From: Firmicutes bacterium UBA993 | GTDB taxonomy: Bacteria > Bacillota > Dethiobacteria > DTU022 | Direction of reading: 5' to 3' | Assembly: GCA_002292015.1 (NCBI GenBank) | Contig: DBBD01000051.1 | Location: forward strand, 1-41,891 | Length of the DNA: 41,891 nucleotides | In this document: positions 10,375 through 18,256 of the stretch, in pieces | Layout: each line of letters opens with the position of its first letter | Numbering within the stretch: the first letter of the stretch is position 1 | Made by a program: the position numbers and the translations under genes | The notes under the pieces: generated by a model | What the model saw: the letters and a program-made list of their open reading frames with translations, nothing else | The model's database searches: none | Told to the model about the DNA's origin: nothing

Positions 10375-11523
10375 GTGATCGATTTTTCGTTAACCGAAGA
10401 ACAGCAAGTAATACAGAAGATGGCGCGCGATTTTGCCCAGTCCGAGATAGCTCCGCATGCGGCTGAATTTGATCGCAGCGGGGATTACCCGGAAGAAATT
10501 GTAAAGAAGGCTTTTCAGGCCGACCTGGTATATGGGGTTGTCCCGGAACAGTACGGAGGAGGAGGCCTTGGCGCCCTTGATCAATTGTTAATTGCCGAAG
10601 AGCTTTCCGCCGCCTGTGCCGGGATTGGCAGCTGTATTGCGATCAACAGCCTGGCGGCAATTCCCTTGATCTATTTTGGCAGTGTCAAACAGAAAGCGGA
10701 ACTGCTGGCTAAAATCTGCGCGGAAGAGAAGAAAATGGCGCTTTGTGTTACCGAACCCGGAGCCGGTTCCGACGTGGCTTCGATCAGCAGTACAGCAAAA
10801 AAGAATGGCGCCAAATATATAATCAGCGGCAGTAAAACTTTTATCACCAACGGTGGAGTAGCCGACTACTATATTGTTTTTGCTTCGGTGGATCGCAAGC
10901 TGGGGCACAAGGGGATCACCGCTTTTTGGGTGCCCGCGGATCTACCGGGAGTAGCGGTAGGCAAGAAGGAAGACAAAATGGGGCAGCGTGCCGCCAATAC
11001 AACCGATGTGGTCTTTGATCAGGTAGAAATTCCGGAAGACTATCGGATCGGTGAGGAGAGGCAGGGCTTCAAGATTATTATGCAGACTTTTAACCATTCG
11101 AGGCCGGGTGTGGGCGCTTCTGCCGTGGGGGTAGCCCGCAGCGCCATGGAATATGCCCTTAAATACGCCGCGGAGCGGGAACAGTTTGGTCTGCCGATCC
11201 TGATGCACCAGGCGGTCATGTTCATGGTGGCCGATATGGCCCGGGATATTGAAGCCGGCAGGCTTCTGGCCTGGCAGGCGGCCTGGAAAGGAAGCCAGGG
11301 TTTGGATAATTCCAAAGAAGCTGCAATTGCCAAGGTATTCTGCGGCGACATGGTGATGCGGGTTACCACTGATGCAGCCCAGGTATTGGGCGGTTACGGG
11401 TATATCAAGGATTACCCGGTGGAAAAGCTGATGCGGGACGCCAAGGTTTTTCAGATTTACGAGGGAACAGCCCAGATTCAGAGACTGCTGATCGGCCGTG
11501 CGTTGATGAAAGATCTTTTTTAA
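10375..11523 (+). CDS. Acyl-CoA dehydrogenase (short/medium-chain type)
   Basis: GTG 10375 behind GGAGGTGG gives VIDFSLTEEQ..., a typical ACAD N-terminus. C-terminal catalytic region has FQIYEGTAQIQR. Confidence 0.9.
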   Translation: MIDFSLTEEQQVIQKMARDFAQSEIAPHAAEFDRSGDYPEEIVKKAFQADLVYGVVPEQYGGGGLGALDQLLIAEELSAACAGIGSCIAINSLAAIPLIYFGSVKQKAELLAKICAEEKKMALCVTEPGAGSDVASISSTAKKNGAKYIISGSKTFITNGGVADYYIVFASVDRKLGHKGITAFWVPADLPGVAVGKKEDKMGQRAANTTDVVFDQVEIPEDYRIGEERQGFKIIMQTFNHSRPGVGASAVGVARSAMEYALKYAAEREQFGLPILMHQAVMFMVADMARDIEAGRLLAWQAAWKGSQGLDNSKEAAIAKVFCGDMVMRVTTDAAQVLGGYGYIKDYPVEKLMRDAKVFQIYEGTAQIQRLLIGRALMKDLF

Positions 11524-11588
11524 TAGCAAATCTGAGTTCGTTGTAAAGTTGATCGGCAGTTGATGTTTCTGTTATTTGCCGGGAATAC

Positions 11589-11631
11589 GGGGAAACGGAA
11601 ATTTTAGGATCCGTTTCCCCGATCTGTTTTT
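11589..11631 (+). terminator. Rho-independent terminator
   Basis: GGGGAAACGGA / TCCGTTTCCCC 11-bp stem followed by GATCTGTTTTT. Confidence 0.75.
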
Positions 11632-11692
11632 AAAGGCTATCGGGCCACCGGGTGGTAAAAGGGGAAAGGTTAAATTTTACCCCTCACCCTGA

Positions 11693-11798
11693 CCCTCTCC
11701 CTGAGGGCTGAGGGGACTTATAAGGTGCTCCTCACCCCGAGGGAGAAGGGATTTATAGGGTGGTCTTCTCCCCGAAGGAGAGGGGATTCGTAAGGTAG
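11693..11798. repeat. Three tandem degenerate 35-36 bp repeats
   Basis: Units at 11693-11727, 11728-11762 and 11763-11798 share the pattern CTCyyCyCCCyGArGGnnGArGGGAyTynTArGGTrG. A partial unit lies upstream (about 11681-11692). They sit between convergent genes and abut the trpB2 stop codon. Confidence 0.7.
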
Positions 11799-11799
11799 A

Positions 11800-13164
11800 T
11801 TAATTTCCCAGCATTTCGTTTAGCCTGGCAATCGATTTGTCGATCATTTCCTGCGGGTAATCGACATCTTTGATCTGGCCAGCCAGGTAGTCGTCGTAAG
11901 CAGTCATGTCAAAGTGACCGTGGCCGCTCAAATTGAAGAGGATAGTTTTTTTCTCTCCTGCTTCTTTGCATTCCAGGGCCAGATCGATTGCGCCTTTAAT
12001 GGCATGAGACGATTCCGGAGCAGGAACAATACCTTCAGTTTTAGTGAAGGTGAGCGCTGCTTCGAAAGCGCCTTGCTGGCCGACTGCGCGCGCTTCCATC
12101 AGGTTGTCGTGATAGAGGCGGCTTAAGATCGGGGACTGGCCGTGATAGCGAAGGCCGCCGGCGTGAATGCCGGGAGGCATAAAGTTGTGTCCCAGGGTAT
12201 ACATTTTCAGCAGTGGAGTCAGGCCGGCCACATCTCCAAAGTCATAGGTGAATTTTCCCTTGGTAAAGGTTGGGCAGGCAGCAGGTTCAACGCCGATACA
12301 ACGCACTTTTTTATTGTCGCGCAGATTGTCGTGAATGAAGGGCAAAGCAATGCCGGCAAAATTGCTGCCGCCGCCGCAACAACCGATGACATAATCAGGA
12401 TACTCACCGACAACGGCCAACTGTTTTTTAGCCTCCTGGCCGATGATTGTCTGGTGCAACATGACATGATTTAGCACGCTGCCCAGGGAATAGTTGGTGT
12501 CGTCCCTGCCGGCGGCATCTTCAACGGCTTCACTGATAGCGATGCCTAAGCTGCCCAGGGTATCAGGGTCGGAGGCTAGGATATCGCGACCGGATTTGGT
12601 TAGGTTGGTAGGGCTGGCATGGACCGTGGCGCCAAACATCTCCATCATTGATCGGCGGTAGGGTTTTTGACCGTAGCTTACTTTTACCATGTAAACCTCA
12701 CATTCCAACTCAAAGTAATTGCAGGCCATGGCCAGTGAGCAGCCCCATTGCCCGGCTCCGGTTTCGGTGGCGAGGCGCTTTTTGCCTTCCTGTTTGCTAT
12801 AGTAGGCCTGGGGCACGGCCGTGTTCGGCTTGTGACTACCGGTTGGGCTTACCCCCTCATGTTTATAGTAAATCTTAGCTGGTGTATCCAGTTCCCGTTC
12901 CAGGTTATAAGCTCTGTAAAGCGGGCTTGGTCTCCACAGGCTGTAAATTTCCAATACCGCTTCAGGGATATCAATAAATCTCTCTTGAGAAACTTCCTGC
13001 ATGATTAAGCCCATAGGGAAAATAGCTTTTAAATCGTCCGGCCCAATTGGCTGTTTCGTTCCCGGGTGCAGCGGCGGATCCAGCGCTGTCGGTAAATCGG
13101 CTTGAATGTTATACCATTGGCGAGGCATCTCTTTTAGGGGCAAAGTAATTATTCGTTCTTTCAT
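11800..13164 (-). CDS. trpB: TrpB2-type tryptophan synthase beta chain (stand-alone, PLP-dependent)
   Basis: 454 aa with the long TrpB2-style N-terminus ([13 protein letters not shown]...). PLP-lysine motif GSHKPNTA, and GGGSNFAG. No trpA or other trp genes are adjacent. Confidence 0.85.
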   Translation of the reverse strand: MKERIITLPLKEMPRQWYNIQADLPTALDPPLHPGTKQPIGPDDLKAIFPMGLIMQEVSQERFIDIPEAVLEIYSLWRPSPLYRAYNLERELDTPAKIYYKHEGVSPTGSHKPNTAVPQAYYSKQEGKKRLATETGAGQWGCSLAMACNYFELECEVYMVKVSYGQKPYRRSMMEMFGATVHASPTNLTKSGRDILASDPDTLGSLGIAISEAVEDAAGRDDTNYSLGSVLNHVMLHQTIIGQEAKKQLAVVGEYPDYVIGCCGGGSNFAGIALPFIHDNLRDNKKVRCIGVEPAACPTFTKGKFTYDFGDVAGLTPLLKMYTLGHNFMPPGIHAGGLRYHGQSPILSRLYHDNLMEARAVGQQGAFEAALTFTKTEGIVPAPESSHAIKGAIDLALECKEAGEKKTILFNLSGHGHFDMTAYDDYLAGQIKDVDYPQEMIDKSIARLNEMLGN

Positions 13165-13203
13165 TTTGATTCCTCCTTGTTTTTAAACGCTTAATTTGGC
13201 AAA

Positions 13204-13518
13204 CAAAAAAACTCCCGTCCGGGGACGAGAGTTATTCGCGGTACCACCCTGGTTACCTGCCTTAGCAGGTCACTTTATCAGGCGCAAGACAGCAACTTAG
13301 AGCATACTAGCTTAGACCTGCTTTCTTTTATCGGTGAAAGTTCCGACCGGGTCTACTTGCGCCTTAACGCTTTCAGCCGGTACCTCTCAGGAGCCATTCA
13401 CATGGCGCATCGACACCGGACTCACAGCTTCGGAAGTTTTCCCTCCTCAATCCGGCTCTCTGGGCCGATCCAATCCACACTACTAGTTCCTGTCATCGGC
13501 AGTTTTATATTCTCTTTG
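13204..13518 (-). promoter_or_regulatory. T-box leader (tRNA-sensing riboswitch), probable Trp specifier, with intrinsic terminator
   Basis: Read on the minus strand, the stem I base is GCCGATGACAGGAACTAGTAG, followed by an AGAGAG bulge. The specifier region is GAA-UGG-C, with UGG at 13394-13396. The T-box sequence CCAGGGTGGTACCGCG lies at 13237-13252. The terminator is CTCGTCCCCGGACGGGAG plus T7 (13204-13229). Upstream promoter: TTGACA (13549-13554), 17 nt, TAGTGT with a TG extension. Confidence 0.9.
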
Positions 13519-13572
13519 GTTCCAAACACTAACACAGAGCGTTGGAGATGTCAAGAAAAATTATAATATTTT

Positions 13573-14094
13573 TTAGCGGTCGAAGTAAATGTTTTTACCG
13601 GTGGCTGATAAAGGCACACCGATGGCAATTTCACCATCGATCATCTTCGTGCGCAGGGCAGAAACCCCGATGCGGTACATGATCCGATTATCAGCGTTAA
13701 ACAGCGCAGCTGTTTTTACTGCAGAACCGAGGGCAATGCCCAGATCGACAAGACGCCAGGCGCAAAGCGGTCCACTGAACTCTGGTCCGGCCCGAAAGTG
13801 GTTGCTCATCTCGCTGCAGTTTTCAAAGCCGCAGGCACCACAGTTAGAGCCCAGGTGAACCGGTTTTTTGAGGCTCAAGAGGAGGACGGCTCCGGAATCT
13901 TTAACATTCTTTCCGTCACGATCATAATTCGGTTTTCCGCTTTCTTCTCCGTACTTAACCATATCGGCACTTAGACGGTCAATATCGGAGCCATGAATAA
14001 CTTTAATTTCGATATAATCCTTGCCGACCGCTTTTGGGGCTGTGCGGGCAGCCAGGGCCATCAGAGCGGAAACAGTTCTCAGCTCTTCCTGCAT
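13573..14094 (-). CDS. DUF2148-like ferredoxin-domain protein of unknown function
   Basis: ATG 14094 behind AAGGTGG gives MQEELRTVSALMALAARTAPKA... Contains the Cys motif NCGACGFENC. The upstream 28 codons of the track ORF lack an RBS. Confidence 0.6.
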   Translation of the reverse strand: MQEELRTVSALMALAARTAPKAVGKDYIEIKVIHGSDIDRLSADMVKYGEESGKPNYDRDGKNVKDSGAVLLLSLKKPVHLGSNCGACGFENCSEMSNHFRAGPEFSGPLCAWRLVDLGIALGSAVKTAALFNADNRIMYRIGVSALRTKMIDGEIAIGVPLSATGKNIYFDR

Positions 14095-14371
14095 GGCGCA
14101 CCACCTTCGGGAAAATAATATATTAAAATCAGGCAAAAGCCGTAAATAGATGGTATCAGAAGCTCTTGCTGAATTCAAGTAAATTGGCGGACTGGAATAT
14201 TTGTCAGATCAGGCAGGATTATCTCGGCTCACTGGCGAAAAAAAGATTTGGAGGTTGGGCGCTATGATTTTGGTCAAGGTGCAGCCTTCAAAAACCCGGT
14301 GAAGGGCAAGACAGCACTTCGTTGTCAGGGAAAAAGTTAAATGCATATCTATCGTTAAAAGAATGTTTTAA

Positions 14372-14520
14372 CGAGGGAAAGTGCGCCTAGGGTTCCGCTT
14401 CTGGAGGCATAGTCAGGCAGGCAGAAGGGCTGGTCCGAGTGGCGTAGGCATCGATGGTAAAGGGTTAAGCGACTAGCTCCGGATGTCACACCGAAGGGAG
14501 AAAAGCCCAGGCGGGTAGGT
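14372..14520 (+). promoter_or_regulatory. ykkC-family riboswitch aptamer (context suggests the PRPP-sensing subtype 2)
   Basis: Conserved ykkC blocks occur in order: CTAGGGTTCCG (14387-14397), a hairpin CTTCTG...CAGAAG, CTGGTCCGAG (14430-14439), then ACACCGAAGGGAGAAAAGCCCAGGCGG (14487-14515). Located about 180 nt upstream of purB. Confidence 0.75.
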
Positions 14521-14695
14521 TTCGCTCGATGCCTATCTGCCCGGGCTTATCAATTCTGTTTAGCGCTGCCGGTAAGCGGCACAAGCGATGAGAAAACCAC
14601 AGACAAACGCCGTCGGCAAAAGTGGCAGTGAAAGACTGTGCCCCTACAGTTAAAAAAATCGGCCGGTGCAAACGGCCCGGATAGGGTGAATGATC

Positions 14696-15991
14696 ATGAT
14701 CGAACGTTATACCGGTGTTGCCATGGGCCGGATTTGGAGTCTGGAAAACCGCTATCAAAAATATTTAGATGTGGAAATCCTGGCCTGCGAAGCCTGGGCG
14801 GAGTTGGGGGTGATCCCCAGGGAAGCCGCGGATTTAATTGCCGCTAAGGCCGGCTTTGATATCGGGCGGATCGATGTCCTGGAAAAAGAGACGAGACACG
14901 ATGTGGTTGCCTTTACCCGGTCTGTCGCCGAATCGCTGGGTGCCGAAAGCCGCTATTTTCATTACGGACTAACCTCTTATGATGTCGTCGACACGGCCCT
15001 CTCAGTTTTATTGGTTGAGGCGGCAGCGCTGCTTAAAGCCGGCCTGGCCGAGTTTGATCAGGTGCTCGCCGAACAGGCTTTGCGCTACAAATACACCCCG
15101 ACCATCGGGCGAACACACGGTGTTCACGCCGAGCCAACGAGTCTCGGCCTTAAATTTGCGCTCTGGTTGGCCGAAAACCGCAGGAACATCAGGCGCTTAG
15201 AACAGGCAACCGAGACAGTTCGAGTAGGAAAAATATCCGGCGCTGTCGGCAACTATGCCCATATTGATCCCTTTATCGAGGATTATGTCTGTCGTAAGCT
15301 CGGCTTAGAGACGGCGGCGGTTTCCACCCAGGTTTTACAGCGCGATCGGCATGCCGAATATGTTGCCACCCTGGCCCTGATCGGGGCCACCCTGGAAAAG
15401 ATTGCCCTAGAAATCCGTAATTTGCAGCGCACAGAGATCAGAGAACTGGAAGAACCATTTTACAGCGGCCAAAAAGGGTCGTCAGCAATGCCGCACAAGA
15501 GAAATCCCGTAACAGCGGAAAAAATTTGTGGTCTGGCCCGCCTCTTGCGCGGTTATGCTGTAACGGCATTAGAAAACGTGGCCCTTTGGCATGAGCGCGA
15601 TATTTCCCACTCGTCGGTGGAAAGGGTAATCCTGCCCGACAGCACTATTGTATTAGATCACATGCTGCAGCAGACGGTCAAAATGGTCCGCGATCTAGCG
15701 GTAAACGAAAAACAGCTGACTGCAAACCTTGATCTGACTAGCGGCTTAATCTATTCGCAGCGGGTTTTATTAGCCCTGGTGGAAAGCGGTTTAGCGCGCG
15801 AAGAGGCCTATGACCTGGTGCAAGGCTACGCGATGCAGGCCTGGGAGGGTGGTCGGCATTTTCGTGACCGCTTATTGGCAGATCAGTTAATTACCGGGAA
15901 ACTGGGGCGCGAAAAACTGGAAGAGTGCTTTAATCCCGCTTATTACCTGCAAAGGATCGATTATATCTACCAGCGCCTGGGACTTATCTGA
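14696..15991 (+). CDS. purB: Adenylosuccinate lyase
   Basis: MIERYT... N-terminus, and the fumarate-lyase signature GSSAMPHKRNP. ATG 14696 has better spacing to the AGGGTG RBS than ATG 14690. Confidence 0.95.
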   Translation: MIERYTGVAMGRIWSLENRYQKYLDVEILACEAWAELGVIPREAADLIAAKAGFDIGRIDVLEKETRHDVVAFTRSVAESLGAESRYFHYGLTSYDVVDTALSVLLVEAAALLKAGLAEFDQVLAEQALRYKYTPTIGRTHGVHAEPTSLGLKFALWLAENRRNIRRLEQATETVRVGKISGAVGNYAHIDPFIEDYVCRKLGLETAAVSTQVLQRDRHAEYVATLALIGATLEKIALEIRNLQRTEIRELEEPFYSGQKGSSAMPHKRNPVTAEKICGLARLLRGYAVTALENVALWHERDISHSSVERVILPDSTIVLDHMLQQTVKMVRDLAVNEKQLTANLDLTSGLIYSQRVLLALVESGLAREEAYDLVQGYAMQAWEGGRHFRDRLLADQLITGKLGREKLEECFNPAYYLQRIDYIYQRLGLI

Positions 15992-16043
15992 TGCGTAAGA
16001 TCTTAAACTGAAACAGCTTAATTGCTAATGGAGGGGAGGCGCA

Positions 16044-16751
16044 ATGGTGTGCAAAGGGGTTAGTGTTTACGAAGGAAAAGCAAAAATTGTATTCAAAACC
16101 GACGACCGGCATCGGTTGCTGATTGAGTTTAAAGATGATGCCACGGCATTTGACGGGGTAAAGAAAGATCGCTTGCCGGATAAGGGCATCCTAAACAATC
16201 GTCTTTCGGCAATCTTCTTCAGGCTGCTTGAAGAAAATGGCATCGAAACTCATTTTATTGAAAGCGTCAGTGACAGGGAGATGTTGGTAAAAGCGCTGGA
16301 GATCATCCCGGTTGAGGTCGTAGTACGGAACATTGCCGCCGGCAGTATCGCGAAGAGACTCGGCCTCGAAGAAGGAGTAAAACTAAACCGGACGGTCCTT
16401 GAGTTTTCGCTTAAAGACGATGCTTTGCATGATCCGATGATTAATCACTATCATATCTATGCACTTGACCTGGCCACGGCGGAAGAGATGGCCGAAATTG
16501 AAAAAACAGCGCTTGCGATTAACGCGATCCTAATCCCCTACCTGGAAGCGAAGGGCATCAAGTTAGTTGATTTTAAGCTTGAATTCGGCCGGTACCAGGG
16601 CCGGGTTATCTTAGGAGACGAAATTTCACCCGATACCTGTCGTTTCTGGGATAGCAGCAGCGGTGAAAAGCTGGACAAAGACCGTTTCCGCCGCGATCTT
16701 GGCGGTGTGGTAGATGCCTACCGGGAAGTATTGAGGCGCCTCGAGAATTGA
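16044..16751 (+). CDS. purC: Phosphoribosylaminoimidazole-succinocarboxamide (SAICAR) synthase
   Basis: 235 aa with YEGKAKIVF, the DDATAFDG motif region, and LVDFKLEFG. Confidence 0.93.
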   Translation: MVCKGVSVYEGKAKIVFKTDDRHRLLIEFKDDATAFDGVKKDRLPDKGILNNRLSAIFFRLLEENGIETHFIESVSDREMLVKALEIIPVEVVVRNIAAGSIAKRLGLEEGVKLNRTVLEFSLKDDALHDPMINHYHIYALDLATAEEMAEIEKTALAINAILIPYLEAKGIKLVDFKLEFGRYQGRVILGDEISPDTCRFWDSSSGEKLDKDRFRRDLGGVVDAYREVLRRLEN

Positions 16752-16809
16752 AGATTTCGACTACAGTCTGCAGAAGGTTCAAATCATTAAGTTGCAGGGA
16801 GGCTTTTAC

Positions 16810-18210
16810 ATGGATTATGGAGTAGCTTTCCGCCAGCCGAAGAAACTGCGTGAGGCTTGCGGTATTTGCGGCGGCTTTGCCGAGAACCAGCCGCTTGCGT
16901 TTCTAACTTGTTTTGCCCTCTATGCATTGCAGCACCGAGGTCAGGAAAGTGCCGGCATCGTGGCCGGGCCCGGCGAAGGACGTAAAATGTGGCTAAAAAG
17001 AGGCATGGGGCTGGTTTCGGAAGTGTTTCCGGAGAGCGCAGACCTAAAAGGGGTGGTCAGCAAGGTTGCGGTGGGGCATGTGCGCTATTCATACGGCCAG
17101 GACGGCCGGAGTCCGGAAAATACACAGCCCCTTAAGTTACGCTACCGTTACGGGGAACTGGCCGTAGCCCATAACGGCCGCCTGCTTAATGCTACCGAGT
17201 TGCGGGCTGAACTGGAGGAGCAGGGGGCAATATTCCAGACCAATACCGATTCCGAACTGCTTGCCCACATGATAGCGCGTCAGGGCAGCGAACAGTTGGA
17301 GGAAGCCCTGGCCGCAGTAGTTCCCCGCCTGAACGGAGCTTTTGCTTTTATCGTTACTGATGGTCGTAAGGTAGTTGGGTTACGCGATGGGAATGGATTC
17401 AGACCCCTTTCGCTCGCTGCCCTTTCGGGAGGCGGTCACTTTCTTGCTTCAGAAACCTGCGCTTTTGATACCATTCAGGCTTCGTTTATCCGTGATTTAA
17501 AGCCGGGAGAGATGGTCATCCTTGATGCTGACGGAGTGCGCAGCAGACAGGTGCTCTCTTCCGTGCAGCCAAACCTGTGCGTATTTGAGTACATTTACTT
17601 CGCCAGGCCGGACAGCAACCTACAAGGCAAAAATGTTCACTTAGTCAGACGCGAGTTGGGTAGGAGACTGGCGCGGGAACACCCGGTCGAAGCGGACATT
17701 GTATCAGGGGTGCCCGATTCCAGCATAGCAGCTGCTTCAGGCTTTGCTGAGCAGGCCGGACTGCCCCATGAAATGGCGCTGGTTAAAAACCGCTACATCG
17801 GCAGAACCTTTATTAAACCGACGCAAAAAATGAGGGAAGAAGGAGTAGATCTGAAGCTTAATGCGGTGCGAAAAATTGTCGAAGGGAAACGGGTAGTCCT
17901 GGTTGACGATTCAATCGTGCGGGGAACTACCAGCCTGAAGCTAATCAATATTATGAAAAGAGCCGGAGCGTTGGAAGTTCATTTAAGAATTAGTTCTCCT
18001 CCGGTAACCGGCTCCTGCTATTACGGGATCGATATTCCCGATGTCAAAGATCTAATCGCCCATAACCGACGCCCGGAAGAGACCCGGGTATTGGTAGGAG
18101 CCGATTCGCTCGGCTACTTAAGCATTAATGAAGTGGTGACCGCTGTTGGATTGCCTGACGGTATGCTTTGCAGCGGCTGCTTCAGCGGCGACTACCCCGT
18201 ATTGCCATAA
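16810..18210 (+). CDS. purF: Amidophosphoribosyltransferase, [4Fe-4S] type with N-terminal propeptide
   Basis: Ntn nucleophile context EACGICGGF, PRPP loop VVLVDDSIVRGTT, and C-terminal Cys ligands (SCYYGID, CSGCFSGDYP). ATG 16810 follows GGGAGG. Confidence 0.93.
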   Translation: MDYGVAFRQPKKLREACGICGGFAENQPLAFLTCFALYALQHRGQESAGIVAGPGEGRKMWLKRGMGLVSEVFPESADLKGVVSKVAVGHVRYSYGQDGRSPENTQPLKLRYRYGELAVAHNGRLLNATELRAELEEQGAIFQTNTDSELLAHMIARQGSEQLEEALAAVVPRLNGAFAFIVTDGRKVVGLRDGNGFRPLSLAALSGGGHFLASETCAFDTIQASFIRDLKPGEMVILDADGVRSRQVLSSVQPNLCVFEYIYFARPDSNLQGKNVHLVRRELGRRLAREHPVEADIVSGVPDSSIAAASGFAEQAGLPHEMALVKNRYIGRTFIKPTQKMREEGVDLKLNAVRKIVEGKRVVLVDDSIVRGTTSLKLINIMKRAGALEVHLRISSPPVTGSCYYGIDIPDVKDLIAHNRRPEETRVLVGADSLGYLSINEVVTAVGLPDGMLCSGCFSGDYPVLP

Positions 18211-18256
18211 AAGCAGTATTCCTATAAAGTATTAACTAAATGTTAACTGATGGGGG

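Noticed and set aside
10942-11529. 195-aa minus-strand ORF. Similar long antisense ORFs occur at 5159-5704, 8544-9083, 19744-20211, 23522-24028 and 30170-30676.
   Set aside because: All lie antisense inside genes with unambiguous family motifs. Their amino-acid composition is typical of shadow frames (rich in Arg, Pro, Ser and Gly), and they have no RBS.
13357-13566. 69-aa plus-strand ORF.
   Set aside because: It lies entirely antisense within the T-box leader and promoter, and has no RBS.
14200-14380. Searched for a guanine aptamer in tandem with the ykkC element, as seen with some PRPP riboswitches.
   Set aside because: No TATGG...TTTCTACC...CCGTAA-type purine riboswitch core is visible. 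Only a 7-bp inverted repeat, GTTAAAA-N5-TTTTAAC (14354-14372), of unknown meaning is present.
14231-14516. Possible ZTP (pfl) riboswitch: ACTGGCG at 14231-14237 and CCGCCTGGGC as the reverse complement of about 14506-14515.
   Set aside because: The two half-motifs lie on opposite strands and about 270 nt apart, so they cannot form one aptamer. The second is simply the complement of the ykkC 3' block.
14380-14560. Possible RNase P RNA, suggested by GAGGGAAAGTGCGCC and CCCGGGCTTATC, which resemble the P4 strands.
   Set aside because: The two candidate P4 strands are not complementary to each other, and other RNase P conserved regions are missing. The same region matches the ykkC riboswitch consensus much better.
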